Assembly: GCF_009914755.1 (NCBI RefSeq)
Contig: NC_060942.1
Length of the DNA stretch: 64,000 nt
Source: the human T2T-CHM13v2.0 reference genome, Homo sapiens
Strand: one strand, 5' to 3'
Shown here piece by piece: positions 26,446 to 42,359 of the stretch. The notes below the pieces were generated by a model that had not been told where the DNA came from, made no database searches, and was given only the letters and a program-made list of their open reading frames with translations. Made by a program: the position numbers and the translations under genes. Each line of letters begins with the position of its first letter. Positions within the stretch are counted from its first letter, which is position 1.

Positions 26446-28791
26446 TGAAAGGAGAGAGAGAAAACGCACAATTGTGCATGCACACGGGGTAGCCATATAA
26501 AATGGGCTCTTACTACGGATTGTGGTTAAAAGAAAAATCTGAAAGCCCTGCCTCAACTGAAACCTACCCCGCCTGCTTCTCCTCATCTTCATTTCTGCGC
26601 AGAGCTCCAGACTTCCCATATGGGATCCACAAACCTCCTCGCTCTTCATCTTCTAGGGACAGCCTTTTGCCGCCAGGCTCCAACAGAAGCTGAGATGTCT
26701 CCTGGGGGCCCTGCTGTGGTCTGGAATGGAGAAGACCCTTCCACGCTGGGAGGAGGGGCTGGTTTCCTTCCTCGTTTTCACGCCTGTTCTGAGGTTTTCT
26801 TTCCTCCCTCTTGCAACAGCCCAGGCTTGTTTCCAGCTCGCGCCGCCCTCAGCCCACCTCGCTCCTTCCCTCTTCCAGCCTGCACCCTCCCCTGCCCGCC
26901 ACGCTCTCGGGGGTCATCGCTGGGCGGGTTGCTGTTTGTTGACCTCCCCCTTCCAGGGCACTTTCTTCACACACCTGTCATTCACTGTCCTGAGGGAGAG
27001 TTTTTGTCACCACTGGGCAGAAACATCTCTGAAATCTCGGCTGCAGATAACTGCTTTCCAATCACAGCGATCCTTTCATCCGAGTTGCAGAAATATCCTC
27101 TATGGCCATAACTTCTTACCTCAACTCTTCCACTCACGAAGTCACCACTTTCTTACTAAGAGTGGCCTTTTCTTGGTTCCCTGGCTGGCATTCGATGCCA
27201 GTGCTGCCAACTTCACTGCTTCCACCGGCTCCACAGCTGCCTGGCACGCCCAGCCCCTCGGGGTTTGCTGGCTCGGGGCGTCCCCTTCATTGTAGTTCAG
27301 GGCCCCTTCAGTGCACATTTAGGGTGAGCCGGTGTGTTAAGCCACACCACACTGACTTTGGGAGATGGGCCGATGCTGGCCTTAGACTGCAGGGACTGCG
27401 TTGAGACTTTTCTGGAAACATATAGGTGTGCCTGCATGGAGACTTTTCTGGAAAGCCATCCTGGAAGTGGCCATTTGGAAAGCAGGCAAGCCTTGACCCT
27501 TGGGAAAGGTGGGACTTCCTCTCCCCGGGCCCAGGGAGTGGGAGGGGAGAGGATTGGCCTGTGGCTTTGTGGAATTTGGTGTTTTCCCACGGGGGGAGAT
27601 GGTAGTTGCAGAGCCTGGGAGGTTCCTTTAGCTTCAAGGGGACTTGTCTGTGTCCAGGCCCTCTCTCAAGCACAAGAGAAAGGTGACGATGCAGGATCCT
27701 TCCCTCAGGTGACACCCTCTCAGCTCAGCCACCAGAGTTCATGGCCAGCCTTGGTTGCGGGTGTGGGTCTGAAGAGTGGATCATGAAAAGCTGGTGGTTC
27801 TCCTGAAGGGAAACCCTCGAAACTTCTTTCTCACCCTCTGAGGAGTTGGTGGAAATATCTCAGGCCTCCGCTTGGGAAGAACGTGGAGCAGGGCTGGTGC
27901 CGCCGCAGAGACCAGCAAGCCGGGCTTGGTTCTGCAGGAATGAGTCTGAGGCACTTGCGGGTCCTGCTCTCTCAGCGGGGGCGATGGAGGAAGCCACCCT
28001 GCCATGTCCTTGTATTTAGAGAAGGGGCTCTGGGGAAAGCGACGTGGTGCTTGACTACTTCATCATCAGATTAGGAAGATATCTGGGGCCTTAATTTGGA
28101 TAACTGGGTCAAGATTATACAACAATTATGGTTATATGCAAATTCTGTTGCTTTAAAAATAGGAATCACCTTATTTAATTATTTTAGGATCACAAAGCTT
28201 CCGTCCTCCAAGAATGACCACACGGTGGACATTTCAGGAGCCTTGGAGAGCCACACCTCTAATTCCCCCATCACCCTGAACGTGCAGCTTGCCATCCTTC
28301 TGTTTTTGTCTGTAAACTGGTGGCTATTGTCCTAACTCATTTTTCTTAGGGAATTTTCCGTAACATCAACCCCAATATTTTAACAATTGTGGCGTGTTTG
28401 GGATGGGGATCCCAAGCATTTCATCAGATTCAAGCATTTCCTATACTTGGAGCTTTTTTCTTTTTGGTTTCTAAAACTAGGTAAATAAGTGTATTTGGTT
28501 TCCTAACCTCCAAAGCCTTACTGATTTAATTTTTGCTAAATGGCACTGCTGAATTTTAATGTACACAACAGAGGGTCCTTGGAGGAACCGGTGTCACTCC
28601 ACTCCAGGGGCCCCTTTCTCATTGAATTTTAGATGGTGCAGAAGGAATTGGGCTAGCGCCTTTCCTAAGAAGCCATGGGAAGATTTAGCACTCCAAAAAA
28701 TTGTTTTAATTCAGCACCTCCAACAACCTGTCCCCGGACTCTTGTTTTTCTTAGTGCTAAACTATAACCACCTAGAACACACGCTTTTCAC

Positions 28792-28848
28792 ATTCTGAAT
28801 AGTAACTTGAAGGCTGGTGATTCTGAATAGTAACTTGAAGGCTGGTGA
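28792..28848. repeat. Perfect 28-bp tandem duplication
   Basis: TTCTGAATAGTAACTTGAAGGCTGGTGA at 28793-28820 and 28821-28848. Confidence 0.95.
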
Positions 28849-30075
28849 ACCATTAAATTCAACTGTTGTAAAATCTGATCCTGCCACGAGGTGGCAGTGT
28901 GGTCTTGTGTCTTGAGGCTTTCTGCACGATGGAAAACCCAAGTTGGTTTACACTGTCTGTACTGATAGACATTTAGTACAGACAGTATAAACCAATTCCT
29001 TTCAAAAACCCACATCTCAAACAAAATCAAACTATTAAGTTTTTAGTGCAAACTGTAATTGCAGGCTGAAGGAAGCTTTCTTTTTGATTCTAAGGATAGA
29101 TATAAAACTTCTCCACTCTCCCTTAGAAGATATAAGAGTTTGTTTTTCCAGTAGAAAATTAGGCTAATTCCAGTGATAATGTGGGTAAGCTTTTGTGGTA
29201 TCTTTGATGAAAATATATAGTAGAATAATACCTTTAATTTCATTACTAACTTTCATCTGTGTGACTTACTTTGTTGAAAGCATTAATTTTTTATAATGTC
29301 TTATAATTACAGAAGGCATTATGTGTTTTTCTTTACCTGATCCTTCCCTCAAATGTTGAATAACTTTTTGATTTCATGATTAAATTCTGGGTTCTATGTA
29401 CATCTCTCTTACCACACCCCCAACATGTTAACATGTAAATAGCCTATCTTGTCCACCCATTGTCAACTGGAAGCTCTGACTGAGGGGAAAGCAAGCTTGA
29501 ATAAGGGCTTAAAAAAACAGTAATTTAAAAAGCAAAAAAGTCCTAACTTTTTTATTGCTGAAAATGTTAAGACACAATTGTCTTTGAGTTTACTGTTTTG
29601 GAACTCTAATGAGGGCCATCTCATTAACTTGAATGCTTTTGAACTCAGTTTAGCTTTAACGCGTGTGCTCTCAGGCAGGCAGGCAGGCAGGCGTGTTCCT
29701 CTGGTATTGCAAACATCTGTTTGGAATGGATCTAAATTCACATACACCATGCCTGTGCATTCAACATATCACCCTACCTAAGAGCTAAGGATGAAGAAGA
29801 TGGTTATCTTTGACAAAAATCATAATTCCTGAGTGTCTCCATTGCACTTGGTGAAAATGTCACTTGGTCTGGGCCAGGTGACAGCCATGGGGTTAGACCA
29901 AGGGGCCAGGCCATGGATTAGAGCAGGCCTCAGACCCAGAGCTTGATCAAGGGGGGAATCACCCACAAACGAATGAACGCCTACTCTGTGGCTGTCAGTT
30001 TACTTACATTGGCTCCTGCAATCCCTCCAACAGGCCCATATCTCCCCTTTCCACAGAGGAAAAAGGTTTACCAGG

Positions 30076-30583
30076 TATGGTTGGCAGAACAAGGGGCCCC
30101 CAAAGATATCCACACCCTAATCCCCGGAACCTGTGAATACGTTAGATTACACAGCAAAGGGGAATTAAGGTTGCCCATATAATTAAGGTTGCTAATCCAA
30201 TGACTTTCAGGTAGGGAGATTATTCTGGGTTATCCTGGTGGGTCCAATGTAATCATAAGAGTTTCTATGGCTGGAAAGGTGAGAACCAAAGAGATGGCAG
30301 CATGAAAAGGCCTCAGCCAGATGCTGCTGGCTTTGAAGATGGAGGAAAGGGCTTGAATAAGGGCTTAGAAGCCAAGGAATGTGGTGGCCTCAGGAAGCTG
30401 GAAAAGACATAAAATAGATTCTCTTGTAGAGCCTCTAGAAGGCGTACCGCCCTGCTGACACCTTGATTTTAACCAGTGAGACCCATTTGACTTCTGACCT
30501 CTAGACTTGCAAGAATGAATTTGTGCTGTGTAAGTCACTACATTCGTGGTAATTTGTTATGGCAGCAATTGGAAACTGACACA
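30076..30583 (+). mobile_element. MLT1D MaLR solo LTR
   Basis: GGCAGAA...CCCCCAAAGATATCCAC...CCCGGAACCTGTGAAT...GGTAATTTGTTATGGCAGCAAT.GGAAACT.ACACA. Confidence 0.85.
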
Positions 30584-32294
30584 CTGGTGCTCTATATTGT
30601 GGGTTACACAGGCGGCGTGGGGTGATTCCAGACTTAAATCATAGCTCACATGACTGAGAAAATGTTATTTCTTTGTTTCATGGATAAAGTGATATTTCTC
30701 ACCTGCTAGGTAGAGGATGAGAGGAAAATCATTTTTAGTTCTGTTTGATATGAAATTTAGTCTTAATCCAATAATTAAAAAAAATCCCTTCAGGGAATGC
30801 TGTGTTTTTATTTTTAATAACCGTTCATTGTTTTAACTTCCTCCTTAATCACCTGCTCTGTTCTCATGGAGTGTGTGTGTCAGGTGACTCAGTGGCTGTG
30901 GGATTGGGGGGTCTCTGGTTCTCATCCAGCTCTGAGGCTCCCTGTCACCCCCTCATGTGTGTGGGTGGCCTCAGGGAAGGATTTTGCATAGAATGGGACT
31001 GAAGCGGGTGGGGCCTCAGGGAGTGGTTTTGCACAGGGTGGAGCCATGATGAGCTGGGCTTTGGGGTGCCTGCTGCTTCCTGCATTCCTGTGGGCAGGCC
31101 CAGTCTACACCGACATCGGGAGACCTTCGTGCCTGGTGTCCATTTCCCCAACTCTATAGACTTCTCCCCTCCTGGGTCTGCTGCCTGGAGTCCAGTCACC
31201 CTGGGTCCCCTCATTTCCCAGTCCAGCTCCCTGGTGCAGTCTGTGGTATAGCCCTCTCCTCCCTAATTAATTCCTCTTCTAGTCATAATGACCATCGAGG
31301 AGTGGCATGGAATTAAAGTCTCTGACTTTGGTTCTTTAGAAGCTGAAGAAAATTACAATTGTTTCAATATCTAAGCCTGTTTTTCAGCCCTCTTGTCCTG
31401 TGAAGGGGCTAAGTACCTTCCCTCTGTTGTCCCAGGGCCATAAGTATGGAGACCACAAAAGGCATATGTTTTATAGGGGGCTGTTAAGATGCATACTTTC
31501 CTGTTTGCTGTACATGGCTGTTTAGCAGAAGCTGCGCTGGGATTGGAGCCTCGGTCTCTGTCCTCAAAGCCCACATTCTCACCTACTACAACACCTTGGC
31601 AGGCTGCAGGTGGACAGAGGCTGTTAAGTTTCCAGGTAAGGAAATCTGGTCCTAAGGCCAGCATCTGGGAGGAGAAGGACGGTGTCTCCCTTTGGCATGA
31701 TCTACCAGGAAGATGGAAATTACTACCATTCTCCAAAAGCGGCTCATTCTGCCAGAAGCTGTCTACATTAGAAGGGAGAACAAACTTGGAGGTGGAGTTG
31801 GAGGGGTGCAGCATTGGGAATGTCTGCTTCTCATTAGGTTGTGTGTGTGGGAGAGAGGGGCTAGGTGGAGTTCATTAGCATCATTAGGTAGTTGTCCTGG
31901 ACTTTCCCCAGTGGGAAGGAATGAGGCCTCAGGGCACTTTCAATTAAAAAATCTGATTTTATGTCTTTGGGAAATAGTTTTATGTTTATTTCTTAACATA
32001 CCATTTTCTAATGAAGCTATTTGACTTCTAAGAGAACACTTTTTATTGACTATAAAGAATAAAACAATCTTGTGATGTTGAAACCATGTTCCACAAATTC
32101 AGTATGGAGTCATCTGTCAAGAATAAACAAACCAACCAAAACCACCATACAGCTTATTCCAGAGTAAAATGTGATTTTTAAGACTTTTACTGCTCAGCAC
32201 AGAGGTATTCTGGAAGTCCAAGCAGACATTACAATGGATTTGTACATGCAAAGTTGGAATAGGGTATTTCATGTGTCATAGGCCTTCCTGGAGC

Positions 32295-32725
32295 GGTAGC
32301 ACTACTGCTCTTGCCTTACCCAAGATCCATTCTTCTTTCCTTCTTCACGGATGGAACCCTGCTTTTGTTTGGGGTAGCACTGTGCCCTACTAAAAAATTA
32401 CATTTCTTGGCATCCTTTGTAGTTGGGGGAAGGTCATGTGATACTCTTCTGAACAATCAGAAGTGAAAGACTGCTGGAAATTTCTGGGAAGTTGTACTTT
32501 CCTATTTTGGCATCTACTACTTTCTCCTTGTGTTACTTTCCTCTTCTCCAGATTGAAAGGTGAATTTGATTGGCTTTATGTCTTCAAGTTTATTCTTAAA
32601 ACCGTGAACTAAAGACTGAGAAAATTACAGAATTCTCAGCCCTGACACTTTTGAGCTGCTGGACTAATACTAATTGTCTGGATTTCATGTGGCATGAGAG
32701 AAAAATAATAGCCCTAATTTATTCA
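32295..32725. mobile_element. Old MaLR LTR (MLT1J/K-like)
   Basis: TACCCAAGATCCATTCTTC...TACATTTCTTGGCATCCTTTGTAGTT...GGTCATGTGA motifs. Confidence 0.5.
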
Positions 32726-33049
32726 AGTGACTCATGATCAAATTTTCAGTACTCCTAATTTATATTTGACATTTCACCAATATAAATATAATTACACTTC
32801 TTGTATTTTTCTTACTAAAATGCTTCAGCTGCCACATGCCCATGTTTGCAGGAAGCCCAGGCTCTCTGTCTCGAGGCCTCTTCTGTCACTCCTCCCACCC
32901 CTCACGATGACCAAAGGTTTTCATTCTACCTCGAACTCCAGGTGGATGGATAGTTGGAAACCCTGACTGCCCACTAGCAGAGCCTATTGCCCACCACAGG
33001 ATGTTCTTGGAAAAACCTTGAGCAGTCTTGTGCTTCCTAAACTGTGGTT

Positions 33050-33950
33050 GGCACAGCCTTTTCTTTAAAAGAAATTTTATCTGGAAATGTTATTACTTCA
33101 CCTTCATTCTTGAAGGATATTTTGTTGGGCACACAATTCTAGGTTTTCAGTTATTTTTTTTCAGCCCTTTAAAGATATCATTCCATTGTCTTTGGGCTCC
33201 ACTGTTTCTATGAATAGTCAGCTGTCAGTTTATTTGTTGCTCCTTTAAGGAATTTGTCTATTATTCTCAGGCTTTTAAAAGATGGCCTCTTTGTCTTTGG
33301 TTTTCAGCAGTTTTAATACAAAGGAGGTGTGGGACTTTTTTGATTTGTTTTGTTTTTATGTTTATTTGGCTTGGGATTGGAAAGTCTTCTGGATTTTGAG
33401 GCTTGATATTTTTAATTAGTTTTGGAAAAATTTCCACCATTATTTCTTATAATACAGCTTTTACCTAAATAATTTTATCCCTTAATGGGTCTTCAATTTT
33501 TTACACATTAGACCTTCTCATTGTGTCTCCTATGTATCTTACCCTCTTTTTTGTATTATTCTTCATTTGTCTTTTTGACTTCACTCCTGGACATTTTCTT
33601 CTGGTCAGGCTTCTATTTTACCATTTTTCTCTTCAGCTATGTCTAATTTGTGGTTAAACCTATACAGTAAGATCTTAATTTTGATTGCTACATTTTCTTA
33701 TTTCTAGACTTTTCTTTTAAAAATAGTTTCCAGTTCTTGACAAAACTTAAAACTTTATTTTTTATCTACTTGCACATGAGGACAGCTATTTTAAATTCTG
33801 TGCCTTATATCTCAATTATCTGGAATACATAGAGTCCATTTCCATTTTGTTGATTTTCTTGGTGTTTTCTTATTTTCTAGTATGCATCACTATTTTAATT
33901 TTAATGCCAGACATTGTTTATGAAAAATGGTGAAGTAATTTGAGGCCTAT
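33050..33950 (-). mobile_element. Old L1M ORF1-region fragment
   Basis: TTGAAGGATATTTTGTTGGG...AATTCTAGGTT...TTAAAGATATCATTCCATTGTCTT. Confidence 0.6.
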
Positions 33951-34289
33951 AATGATTTTATATTCTTTTGTTTTATTATACTTTAAGTTCTAGGGTACAG
34001 GTGCACAACATGCAGGTTTGATACATAGGTATATGTAGGCCATGTTGGTTTGCTGCACCCATCAACTCGTCATTTACATTAGCTTTTTCTCCTAATGCTA
34101 TTCCTCCCCCACCCCTCCAACCCTAACAGGCCCCGGTGTGTGATGTTCCCCGCCCTGTGTCCAAGTGATCTCATTGTTCAATTCCCACCTATGAGTGAGA
34201 ACATGCAGTGTTTGGTTTTCTGTCCTTGTGATAGTTTGCTGAGAATGATGGTTTCCAGTTTCATCCATGTCCGTGCAAAGGACATTAAC

Positions 34290-38015
<3,726 letters not shown>

Positions 38016-38078
38016 TATGATGTTAGCTGGTTATTTTACCTGTCAGTTGATGCAGTTTCTTCATAGCATCGATGGTCT

Positions 38079-39106
38079 TTACAATTTGGCATGTTTTTGC
38101 AGTGGCTGATACTGGTTGTTTCTTGCCATGTTTAGTGCTCTCTTCAGGAGCTCTTTTAGGGCAGACCTGGTGGTGACAAAATCTCTCAGCATTTGCTTGC
38201 CTGTAAAGGATTTTATTTCTTCTTCACTTATGAAGCTCAGTTTGGCTGGATATGAAATTCTGGGTTGAAAAGTTTTTTCTTTAAAAATGTTGAATATTGG
38301 CCTCCACTCTCTTCTGGCTTGTAGGGTTTCTGTTGAGAGATCCACTGTTAGTTTGATGGGCTTTCATTTGTAGGTAACTTGATCTTTCTCTCTGGCTGCC
38401 CTTAACATTTTTTCCTTCATTTCAACCTTGGTGAGTCTGACAATTATGTGTCTTGGGGTTGCTTTTCTTGAGGAGTATATTTGTGGTGTTCTCTGCATTT
38501 CCTGAATTTGAATGTTGGCCTGCCTTGCTAGGTTGGGGAAATTCTTCTGGATAATATCCTGGAGAATGTTTTCCAACTTGGTTTCATTCTCCCCATCACT
38601 TTCAGGTGCACCAATAAAAGGTAGATTTGGTCGTTTCACATAGTCCCCTACTTCTTGGAGGCATTGTTCATTTCTTTTTACTCTTTTTTCAATCTAACCT
38701 TGTCTTCTCACTTTATTTCATTAATTTGACCTTCAATCACTGATATCTTTTCTTCCACTTGATTGAATTGGCCGTTGAAGCTTATGCATGCATCACGAAG
38801 TTCTCATGCCATGGTTTTCAGCTCCATCAGCTCATTTAAGGTCTACTGTACACTGTTTATTCTAGTTAGCCATTCATCTAACCTTTTCTCAAGGTTTTTA
38901 GCTTCCTTGCAAAGGGTTCAAACATGTTCCTTTAGCTCAGAGAAGTTTGTTATTACCGACCTTCTGAAGCCTACTTCTGTCAACTCTTCAAAGTCATTCT
39001 CCGTCCAGCTTTGTTCCTTTGCTGGTGAGGAGCTGCAATCCTTTGTAGGAGAAGAGGCACTCTGATTTTTAGAATTTTCAGCTTTTCTTCTCTGGTTTAT
39101 CCCCAT
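38079..39106 (-). pseudogene. L1 ORF1, disrupted
   Basis: MGINQRRKAENSKNQSAS; RPNL..IG.PESDGE; QPRISYPAKLSF; split into pieces. Confidence 0.9.
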
Positions 39107-39392
39107 CTTTGTGGTTTTATCTACCTTTGGTCTTTGATGTTGGTGATCTACAGATAGGGTTTTGGTGTAGATGTCCTTTTTGTTGATGGTGATGCTATTC
39201 CTTTCTGTTTGTTAGTTTTCCTTCTAACAGTCAGGTCCCTCAGCTCCAGGTCTGTTGGAGTTTCCTGGAGGTCTACTCCAGACCCTGTTTGCCTGGGTAT
39301 CACCAGCGGAGGCTGCAGAATAGCAAATATTACAGAACAGCAAATACTGCTGCCTGATCCTTCCTCTGGAAGCTTTGTCCCAGAGGGGCACC

Positions 39393-39899
39393 TGTTGGGA
39401 GTAGGACCCCAAAATCTGGCCATAAACTGGCCCCAAAACTGCCCATAAACAAAATCTCTGCAGTACTGTAACATGTTCATAATGGCCCTATTGCCCAAGC
39501 TGGAAGGTTCTGGGTTTACGGGAATGAGAGCAAGGAACAACTGGCCTGCCCAGGGCAGAAAACCGCTTAAAGGCATTCTTAAGCCACAAACAATAGCATG
39601 AGTGATCTGTGCCTTAAGGACATGCTCCTGCTGCAGTTAACTAGCCCAACTTATTCCTTTAATTCGGCCCATTCCTTCATTTCCCATAAGGGATACTTTT
39701 AGTTAATTTAATGTCTATAGGAACAATGCTAATGACTGGTTTGCTGTTAATAAATACATGGGTAAATCTCTGTTTGGGGCTTTCAGAAGGCTGTGAGACC
39801 CCTGATTTCCCACTTCACACCTCTATATTTCGGTGTGTGTGTCTTTAATTCCTCTAGTGCCGCTGGGTTAGGGTCTCCTTGACCAAGCTGGTCTCGGCA
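39393..39899 (+). mobile_element. MER9 solo LTR (HERV-K HML-3) inserted in the L1 5'UTR
   Basis: TG...CA termini, 507 bp; CTGGCCATAAACTGGCCCCAAAACTG motif; AATAAA; perfect 6-bp TSD GGCACC (39387-39392 / 39900-39905). Confidence 0.92.
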
Positions 39900-40779
39900 G
39901 GCACCCACCTATATGAGGTGTCTGTCGGCCCCTACTGGGAGGTGTCTCCCAGTTAGGCTACACGGGGTTCAGGGACCCACTTGAGTAGGCAGTCTGTCTG
40001 TTCTCAGAGCTCAAATGCTGTTTTGGGAGAATCACTGCTCTCTTCAGAGCTGTGAGACAGGGACATTTAAGTCTGCAGAAGTTGTCTGCTGCCTTTTCTT
40101 CAGCTAAACCTTGCCTACAAAGCTGGAGTCTAGAGGCAGTAGGCCTTGCTGAGCTGTGGATTGGCTCTGCCCAGTTCAAGCTTCTCGGCCACTTTGTTTA
40201 CCTACTCAAGCCCCCGCAATGGTGGATGCCCCTCCCCCAGCCAGGCTGCTGCCTCATAGTTCAATCTGAGACTGCTGCACTAGCAGTGAGCAAGGTTCCG
40301 TGGGCGTGGGAACCCCAAGCCAGGCAAGGGAGAGCATCTCTTTGCCTGCTAGTTGCTAAGACCTTGGGAAAAGTGCAGTATTTGGGCAGAGTGTCCTGTT
40401 TTTCCAGGTACAGTCTGTCACAGCTTCCCTTGGCCAGGAAAGGGAAATACCCCGACCCCTTGCGCTTCCTGGGTGAGGCAATGCTCCGCCCTGCTTCAGC
40501 TCACCCTCCGTGGGCTGCACCCACTGTCCAACCAGTCCCAAGGAGATGAACCAGGTACCTCAGCTGGAAATGCAGAAATCACCCGTCTCCTGCCTTGATC
40601 ATGCTGGGAGCTGCAGACTGGAGCTGTTCCTATTCGGCCATCTTGGAATAGATCCCAGTTGCATATTCTTATAAAACTATCTGGTGATTCTGTGCAGAAT
40701 ATATTAAGATTATATTGATTGCTCATATCCTCTAACATCCTCATATCCTGTAATATTGATATGAGTCAATCAATATAAC

Positions 40780-40950
40780 CTTAGTATATTCTGCACAGTT
40801 AGAATCACCAGATAGTTTTAAAAGTTACTGCTGCATAGGTTCCATACCCAAAGATTCTGACTCAAATGGTCTGGAGTTGGGCCTGGACATCAGTATTTGT
40901 GATAGCTTCCCAAATGACTTTTAATGAGTACCAGGATTGAGACCTGCCCT
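40780..40950. mobile_element. MER5A-like MITE
   Basis: TTAGAATCACC...AGATTCTGACT...GGTCTGG...GGGCCTGG.CATCAGTATTT. Confidence 0.6.
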
Positions 40951-41264
40951 AACATAAAACACAAAGATAGTACAAATGAGGTAAAATAATAGCTCAATTA
41001 CTTAATCTCACTTATGAATACAGTTGCAAAAATAAAATATCCATATATAGAATTCACCTGTCATCAAAAATAATGACTTCTACTAAATAGACTATTTCAG
41101 AAACACATGAATGAGTCCCTCACAGAAAATTTATGCACATAATTTATTACTTTACAGTTCTGGTAAAGAAAACCCATAGGAACATATCAATAGATGCTGA
41201 AATTTTAACAACCAAATAAAAAATTTTAATAGGAATGCAAAAGAATTACTGAGATGTACTAGGG

Positions 41265-41659
41265 TCTGCTTGGTGGATATTAATAATGTTTACCCATATC
41301 TGCTTTCTGTTTTCTTCCAGGCATTCAGGCAGTTATATTTCCCAGTCCCCTTGCAGCTTTCTTGGTGGAGTCTGTGAGTTGTTTTGGTTAATGGGCTGGG
41401 AATGGAAGACTTGTGTCACTACTGTGCCAAAGCACAGAGGAGTTGGGGTATGAGAATGCCATACGCTCTCTTCCTCTACCGTGGTGACCCAGAAGGCTTT
41501 CTGTTGTGATTGCAGTGCCGTGGAATGGAAAAGCCTACTTTCTATCACTTCCTGGAGGTTTGTCCGGAACCACAGCTGGCTTTGAGGGAGTGAGAAATAA
41601 ATGTGTAAAGCCACTGAGATTTTGGAGTTGTTTGTTACCACAGTATGACCTCCCTTGAC
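41265..41659. mobile_element. MLT1H/I-like MaLR LTR
   Basis: TATTTCCCAGTCCCCTTGCAG...GTGAGAAATAAA...AAGCCACTGAGATTTTGGAGTTGTTTGTTAC. Confidence 0.6.
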
Positions 41660-41660
41660 C

Positions 41661-41874
41661 AGGGGTTGTTGGAAAGCTTTTCCTACAAAGGGCTGGATAT
41701 TTTAGATTTTACAAGTCATATGGTCTCTGTCACAACTACCAACACTTTTCCATTGTAGCAGAAAGCAGCCATAGATAATATATAAATGAAGGAGCATGGC
41801 TGTGTTCCAATGAAACTTTGTTAACAAAAATAGGTGGTAGATTTGGCCCGTGGACCAGCATTTGCAGACCTCTG
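41661..41874 (+). mobile_element. MER58A (hAT-Charlie)
   Basis: CAGGGGTT...GGTCTCTGTCACAACTAC...AAAGCAGCCATAGA...GGCTGTGTTCCAAT...GATTTGGCCC. Confidence 0.8.
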
Positions 41875-42069
41875 CTCTTGATGAATACTTTTGTATACTC
41901 AGGCTTTATTATAAATAAAATTCAAAATGATAGAATCCTAAAACCAATTCAGCTAAAAGCAGGAACAAGCAGGGTTGTCCACTATCACCACTTAATGACA
42001 CTATTTTAGAGGGTCTAACTAATGCAATATGTTAAGACATTTAAGCAATTGGTATAAATATAGGCAAAA

Positions 42070-42359
42070 GGCCGATTGTGGTGGTTCACTCCTGTAATCC
42101 CAGCACTTTGGGAGGCCGAGGCAGGTGGAACATGAAGTCAGGAGTTCAAGACCAGCCTGGCCAAGATGGTGAAACCCCGTCTCTACTGAAAATACAAAAA
42201 ATTAGCTGGGCGTGATGGTGGGCACCTGTAATCCCAGCTACTCAGAAGGCCGAGGCAGAGAATTGCTAGAACCTGGGAAGTGGAGGTTGCAGTTGAGCTG
42301 AGATTGCACCATTGCACTCCAGCCTGGGTGACAGAGCGAGACTCCATCTAAAAAAAAAA
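42070..42359 (+). mobile_element. AluSg-like element within old L1M ORF2 debris
   Basis: Dimeric Alu with CCTGGCCAAGATGG; AGGCAAAA flank repeat. Confidence 0.85.
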
